A DNA stretch of 64,000 nt from Ignavibacteriota bacterium (GTDB lineage Bacteria; Bacteroidota; Ignavibacteria; UBA10030; UBA6906): contig CAWDEM010000008.1 in NCBI GenBank assembly GCA_963801355.1, positions 64,001-128,000 on the forward strand, given 5' to 3'. Positions within the stretch are counted from its first letter, which is position 1. Every line of letters starts with the position of its first letter. Made by a program: the position numbers and the translations under genes. Shown piece after piece: positions 60,825 through 64,000 of this stretch. The notes beneath the pieces were generated by a model. The model worked only from the letters and a program-made list of their open reading frames with translations, had not been told where the DNA came from and did no database searches.

Positions 60825-61026
60825 GATCCACACTCAACCGCCACTCCAATCGCAGCATCAGGCGGTATTCTTCGCTTGCTTCGCTTGTCCGATGTAGCCT
60901 CAACTTCACACTCCCCTCTCCCAGAGGGTTGATTCCGAGCCGGATCTCAGTGCATTCCGACTCCCGGTGAAAGTCTTTCTCCAATACACAATGTGTGGGC
61001 TTCCTTCGACAGCCTCAGGAGGATTC

Positions 61027-61221
61027 ATGCCGACGAAGATACAGAAAAGCAAAGAAGAGACGCGTGCTGCCATTGAGAAGGAGATTGCTTCGATTACCAC
61101 CGACCTTGATCGCTTGCGGGCCATAATTCACCAGGCGACCGACACTCAACCCAATCCACTCAACCCGTCCGGCTCTCTCTCTGTGCGCGAAGAGCGGCGC
61201 ACAAACGTACTCCTGCGCTAG
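61027..61221 (+). CDS. Small hypothetical protein (64 aa, coiled-coil-like)
   Basis: RBS AGGAGG before ATG; MPTKIQKSKEETRAAIEKEIASITTDLDRLRAII with a heptad pattern. Confidence 0.55.
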   Translation: MPTKIQKSKEETRAAIEKEIASITTDLDRLRAIIHQATDTQPNPLNPSGSLSVREERRTNVLLR

Positions 61222-61293
61222 TCCTACACAAGAAAACACCTCCATACCGTTTCTCTCGCGCTGTCAGTAGCCCATGACGCTTCTGTGCACTGG

Positions 61294-61322
61294 TTGCATT
61301 CCCCCATTTGGTTTGGTACATT
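61294..61322 (+). promoter_or_regulatory. Sigma70-type promoter for the CsgG-like gene
   Basis: TTGCAT-N17-TACATT about 40 bp upstream of ATG. Confidence 0.45.
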
Positions 61323-61362
61323 TCCTTCCACGGTTACCACGATTATGAAGAAAGGACGACTG

Positions 61363-62253
61363 ATGAACCTCCGCCGCATCACTGCAGCTCTCCTGGCAAT
61401 TCTGGTGTTCGTCGCGGTTCTGGCGAGCGCTCAACCCAAGAAACGCATTGCAGTATCACGTTTCGATGATGGAAAAGGTTTCCGTGGCTGTGGTACGGGC
61501 ATTGCCGATATGCTTGCGACAGCCCTGGTCAAGACACAGAAGTTCATTGTCATCGAGCGAAAAGAAATCGAAAAGGTCATGCAGGAACAGAAGCTCGGTC
61601 TTTCCGGAATGGTGACGCCGGAGACAGCGCCGGCGGTCGGCAAGCTTCTCGGAGTGGACCTCCTGGTTATCGGAGGTGTCTCCGAGCTCGGCACGTCGAA
61701 GCGAAAGGTCGGGGGGGGCATTAATGTCTTCGGCGCCGGCGTGAGCTCTCAGCAGGCACGCGCCGCTGTGGATGTCCGGCTGGTCAACACAACAACGGGC
61801 GAGATTCTTGCCGCGGAGACTGAAGAGGGGACGGAATCCACCATCGGTTTCACCGGACGCTACGAAAACATCAATTTCAACAACGTCAGCGAATGGAACG
61901 ATACCGATGTCGGCAAAGCCGCCCGAGAAGCGATCGACAAGACTGTCGAATTGATCACAGACAACATGGAGAAGATTCCCTGGTCCGGCCGTATCGTGAA
62001 AGTGAACAACGATGGGACGGTAATCATCAAGCCCGGGTCGGAAGGGAATGTTGAAAGCGGTATGGAATTCGACGTCTTTCAGCAGGGGGAGGAGCTGAAG
62101 GACCCCGATACCGGCCTCTCCATGGGTTCAGAAGAATCGAAGGTCGCGCACATCGTGGTGCAGAGCGATATGCTGAACGGCAAAGCTGCGAGGGCCAAGA
62201 TCGCCTCGGGGAGCGGGATCAAGGCGGGTGATGTCGTCCGCGAGCCGAAATAA
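61363..62253 (+). CDS. CsgG/HfaB-family protein with FlgT-like C-terminal domain
   Basis: 'RIAVSRF', 'DMLATALV....F.VIER.....V..EQ', 'G.LLG.D....G.V', 'VDVRLVN..TGEI', 'L.DPDTG..G..E'. Confidence 0.85.
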   Translation: MNLRRITAALLAILVFVAVLASAQPKKRIAVSRFDDGKGFRGCGTGIADMLATALVKTQKFIVIERKEIEKVMQEQKLGLSGMVTPETAPAVGKLLGVDLLVIGGVSELGTSKRKVGGGINVFGAGVSSQQARAAVDVRLVNTTTGEILAAETEEGTESTIGFTGRYENINFNNVSEWNDTDVGKAAREAIDKTVELITDNMEKIPWSGRIVKVNNDGTVIIKPGSEGNVESGMEFDVFQQGEELKDPDTGLSMGSEESKVAHIVVQSDMLNGKAARAKIASGSGIKAGDVVREPK

Positions 62254-62276
62254 CGGTCGGAATGACAGGCGAGCCG

Positions 62277-62891
62277 TCAGCTCAGCCATGAGATATCGCC
62301 TGAGCCTTTACGGATCACAACCGGCGCTTCTCCGGTAAGATCGAGTACCGTGGATTGTTCGGAAGGGAGCACCCCGCCGTCGAGAATGAGGTCGACGGAG
62401 TTCCTGTATACATTTTTGATCTCTTCGGGATCGTGCAAGGCAGTGCCGTCTTCCCCGGTGGCGCTCGTACTGAGGATCGGGTGCCCGAGTTCCCTGACGA
62501 TCGCGAGTGTGGCTTTGCTGTCGGGGACGCGAACACCGACGGTCTTCCGTTTTGACACGAGGATTTTGGGAAGCTGTTTCATCCGCGCGGCCGGGAGGAT
62601 GAACGTATATGCGCCAGGGACGAGATGCTTCATGATCTTGAAGGCCGCGTTGCCCACCCGCGCGTATTCGCTGATGTTGGTGAGGTCGGAGCAGACGAAA
62701 CTGAATGGTTTGTCCACGCGCTGCCGCTTGATCAGATAGATCCGTTCAATCGCGTTCTTGTTTTCAATGCTGCAGCCGATGCCGTACACAGTGTCTGTTG
62801 GATAGATGATGATGCCGCCGGCGGCAAGGATTTCGGCCGCTTTCCGCACAACGCGTACCTCGGGCGTCACCGGATGTATCTTTAATATCAT
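62277..62891 (-). CDS. YrdC/Sua5/YciO-family protein (YciO-like)
   Basis: 'GGIIIYPTDTVYGIGC', 'PGAYTFIL', 'RKTVGVRVP', 'STVLDL'; STSA in place of the TsaC SAN motif. Confidence 0.88.
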   Translation of the reverse strand: MILKIHPVTPEVRVVRKAAEILAAGGIIIYPTDTVYGIGCSIENKNAIERIYLIKRQRVDKPFSFVCSDLTNISEYARVGNAAFKIMKHLVPGAYTFILPAARMKQLPKILVSKRKTVGVRVPDSKATLAIVRELGHPILSTSATGEDGTALHDPEEIKNVYRNSVDLILDGGVLPSEQSTVLDLTGEAPVVIRKGSGDISWLS

Positions 62892-62940
62892 GAATGCTCC
62901 CCACTCCTGGGTGAGCAAATTGTAGGAAGAATTGACGAGA

Positions 62941-64000
62941 ATGGCAATAACATCCCGGTGGCTAGTCGCACTTGTGGGACGACCGAACGTCGGGAAGTCC
63001 ACGCTCTTCAATCGCATCATCGGCTACCGGCGCGCGATCGTGCACGACCGGCCGGGCGTCACCCGGGACCGGCACTATGCCGATGCGGAGTGGGCGGGCA
63101 AGCAGTTCACGTTGATCGACACCGGCGGATTCGTCCCCGCCTCGGAAGATGTCATGGAGGTGGCGATCCGCGAGCAGGCACAGATCGCCATCGAAGAGGC
63201 GCAACAGGTGCTGTTCGTGGTGGACGGGGAGTCCGGGCTTCTCCCCGGCGACCGTGAAATCGCAGATGTGCTGCGGCGCGCTGAGAAATCAGTGCTGCTG
63301 ATAGTGAACAAGGCCGACAGCGAAAAGAGGGAACAGATGCTGGGAGAGTTCTACGCGCTCGGCCTCGGGGAACCGTTCCCCGTGTCGGCCCTCGGAGGTC
63401 GTCGTATCGGCGATCTGCTGGACGTCGTCACGCAGGCAATCCCCGCCACCGACGAGGAAACCACCGATTCCCGCCTGAAGATCGCGATTATCGGCAAGCC
63501 CAATGTCGGCAAGTCGTCCCTGGTGAACGCCTTGCTGCAGGAAGACCGGCACATCGTGACCGAAATTCCCGGCACCACCCGGGACCCCATCGATGCGGTG
63601 TTGAAGTACTACGGGGAAGAGCTGGTGCTCATCGATACGGCCGGTCTGCGCCGGAAGAGTCGCATCAAAGAATCGGTGGAACTTTTCAGCGCGGTCCGTA
63701 CGGTCAAGAGTATCGAACGTTGTGATGTGGCGGTGATCCTGATCGACGCGCAACAGGGGCTCGAGGCCCAGGATCTGCACGTACTGGTAACGGCAATGGA
63801 GAAACGCAAACCCACGGTGATTGCCGTGAACAAGTGGGATCTTGTCGAAAAGGATCAGCATACCGCAGCGGTCTTCGAACGGGCCTTACGTGAACGTCTC
63901 CGGCTGTACGACTTCCTCCCGATCATCTTCATTTCGGCGCTTGAGAAGCAAAGAATCTACAAGCTTATTGAAATGGCCAAGCAGGTGGATGCGGAGGGAC
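62941..64000 (+). CDS. der: Ribosome biogenesis GTPase Der (EngA), truncated by window edge
   Basis: Not in ORF track; translates MAITSRWLVALVGRPNVGKSTLFNRI...PGVTRDR...DTGG...NKAD, then a second G-domain GKPNVGKSSL...GTTRD...DTAG...NKWD. Confidence 0.96.
   Translation, partial: MAITSRWLVALVGRPNVGKSTLFNRIIGYRRAIVHDRPGVTRDRHYADAEWAGKQFTLIDTGGFVPASEDVMEVAIREQAQIAIEEAQQVLFVVDGESGLLPGDREIADVLRRAEKSVLLIVNKADSEKREQMLGEFYALGLGEPFPVSALGGRRIGDLLDVVTQAIPATDEETTDSRLKIAIIGKPNVGKSSLVNALLQEDRHIVTEIPGTTRDPIDAVLKYYGEELVLIDTAGLRRKSRIKESVELFSAVRTVKSIERCDVAVILIDAQQGLEAQDLHVLVTAMEKRKPTVIAVNKWDLVEKDQHTAAVFERALRERLRLYDFLPIIFISALEKQRIYKLIEMAKQVDAEG

Noticed and set aside
60830-61020. tRNA or known riboswitch
   Set aside because: No cloverleaf or recognisable aptamer consensus by eye

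Overview
Gene-dense bacterial chromosome segment. Five secreted proteins end in the 'L.QN(Y/F)PNPFNP.T...G.Y....' C-terminal sorting domain (CTD), which points to an FCB-group organism such as Ignavibacteria or a Bacteroidota relative (inference). Left third: a partial GH127-like gene, a 12-repeat Kelch protein, a lipoprotein, a NarL-type two-component system, an IS3-family scar and three large secreted proteins. Next come a rearranged kdp potassium-pump operon (kdpC-sORF-kdpF-kdpA-kdpB-sORF-kdpD-kdpE), a LamG protein and an integrase scar. The middle holds carbohydrate enzymes (GH105, TIM-barrel isomerase, heparinase II/III-like lyase, AGE epimerase, SSS transporter, GT4), a gene split at a G10 tract, and M48/LemA/HtpX. 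These are followed by proC-thrA-thrB-thrC, which has an unannotated Thr-rich leader ORF and a duplicated thrB/thrC junction. The best candidate for an undescribed system is a tightly packed seven-gene run at 49740-60716: GH78 rhamnosidase, RhaT, ICMT-type methyltransferase, membrane protein, UroD-like protein, nucleotidyltransferase, and a fucokinase-like GHMP kinase fused to a UDP-sugar pyrophosphorylase. It may be a deoxysugar salvage/activation pathway. The window ends with a CsgG-like gene, a yciO/tsaC-like gene and partial der. No rRNA, tRNA or CRISPR array was seen. All calls come from motif recognition by eye; no database searches were run.
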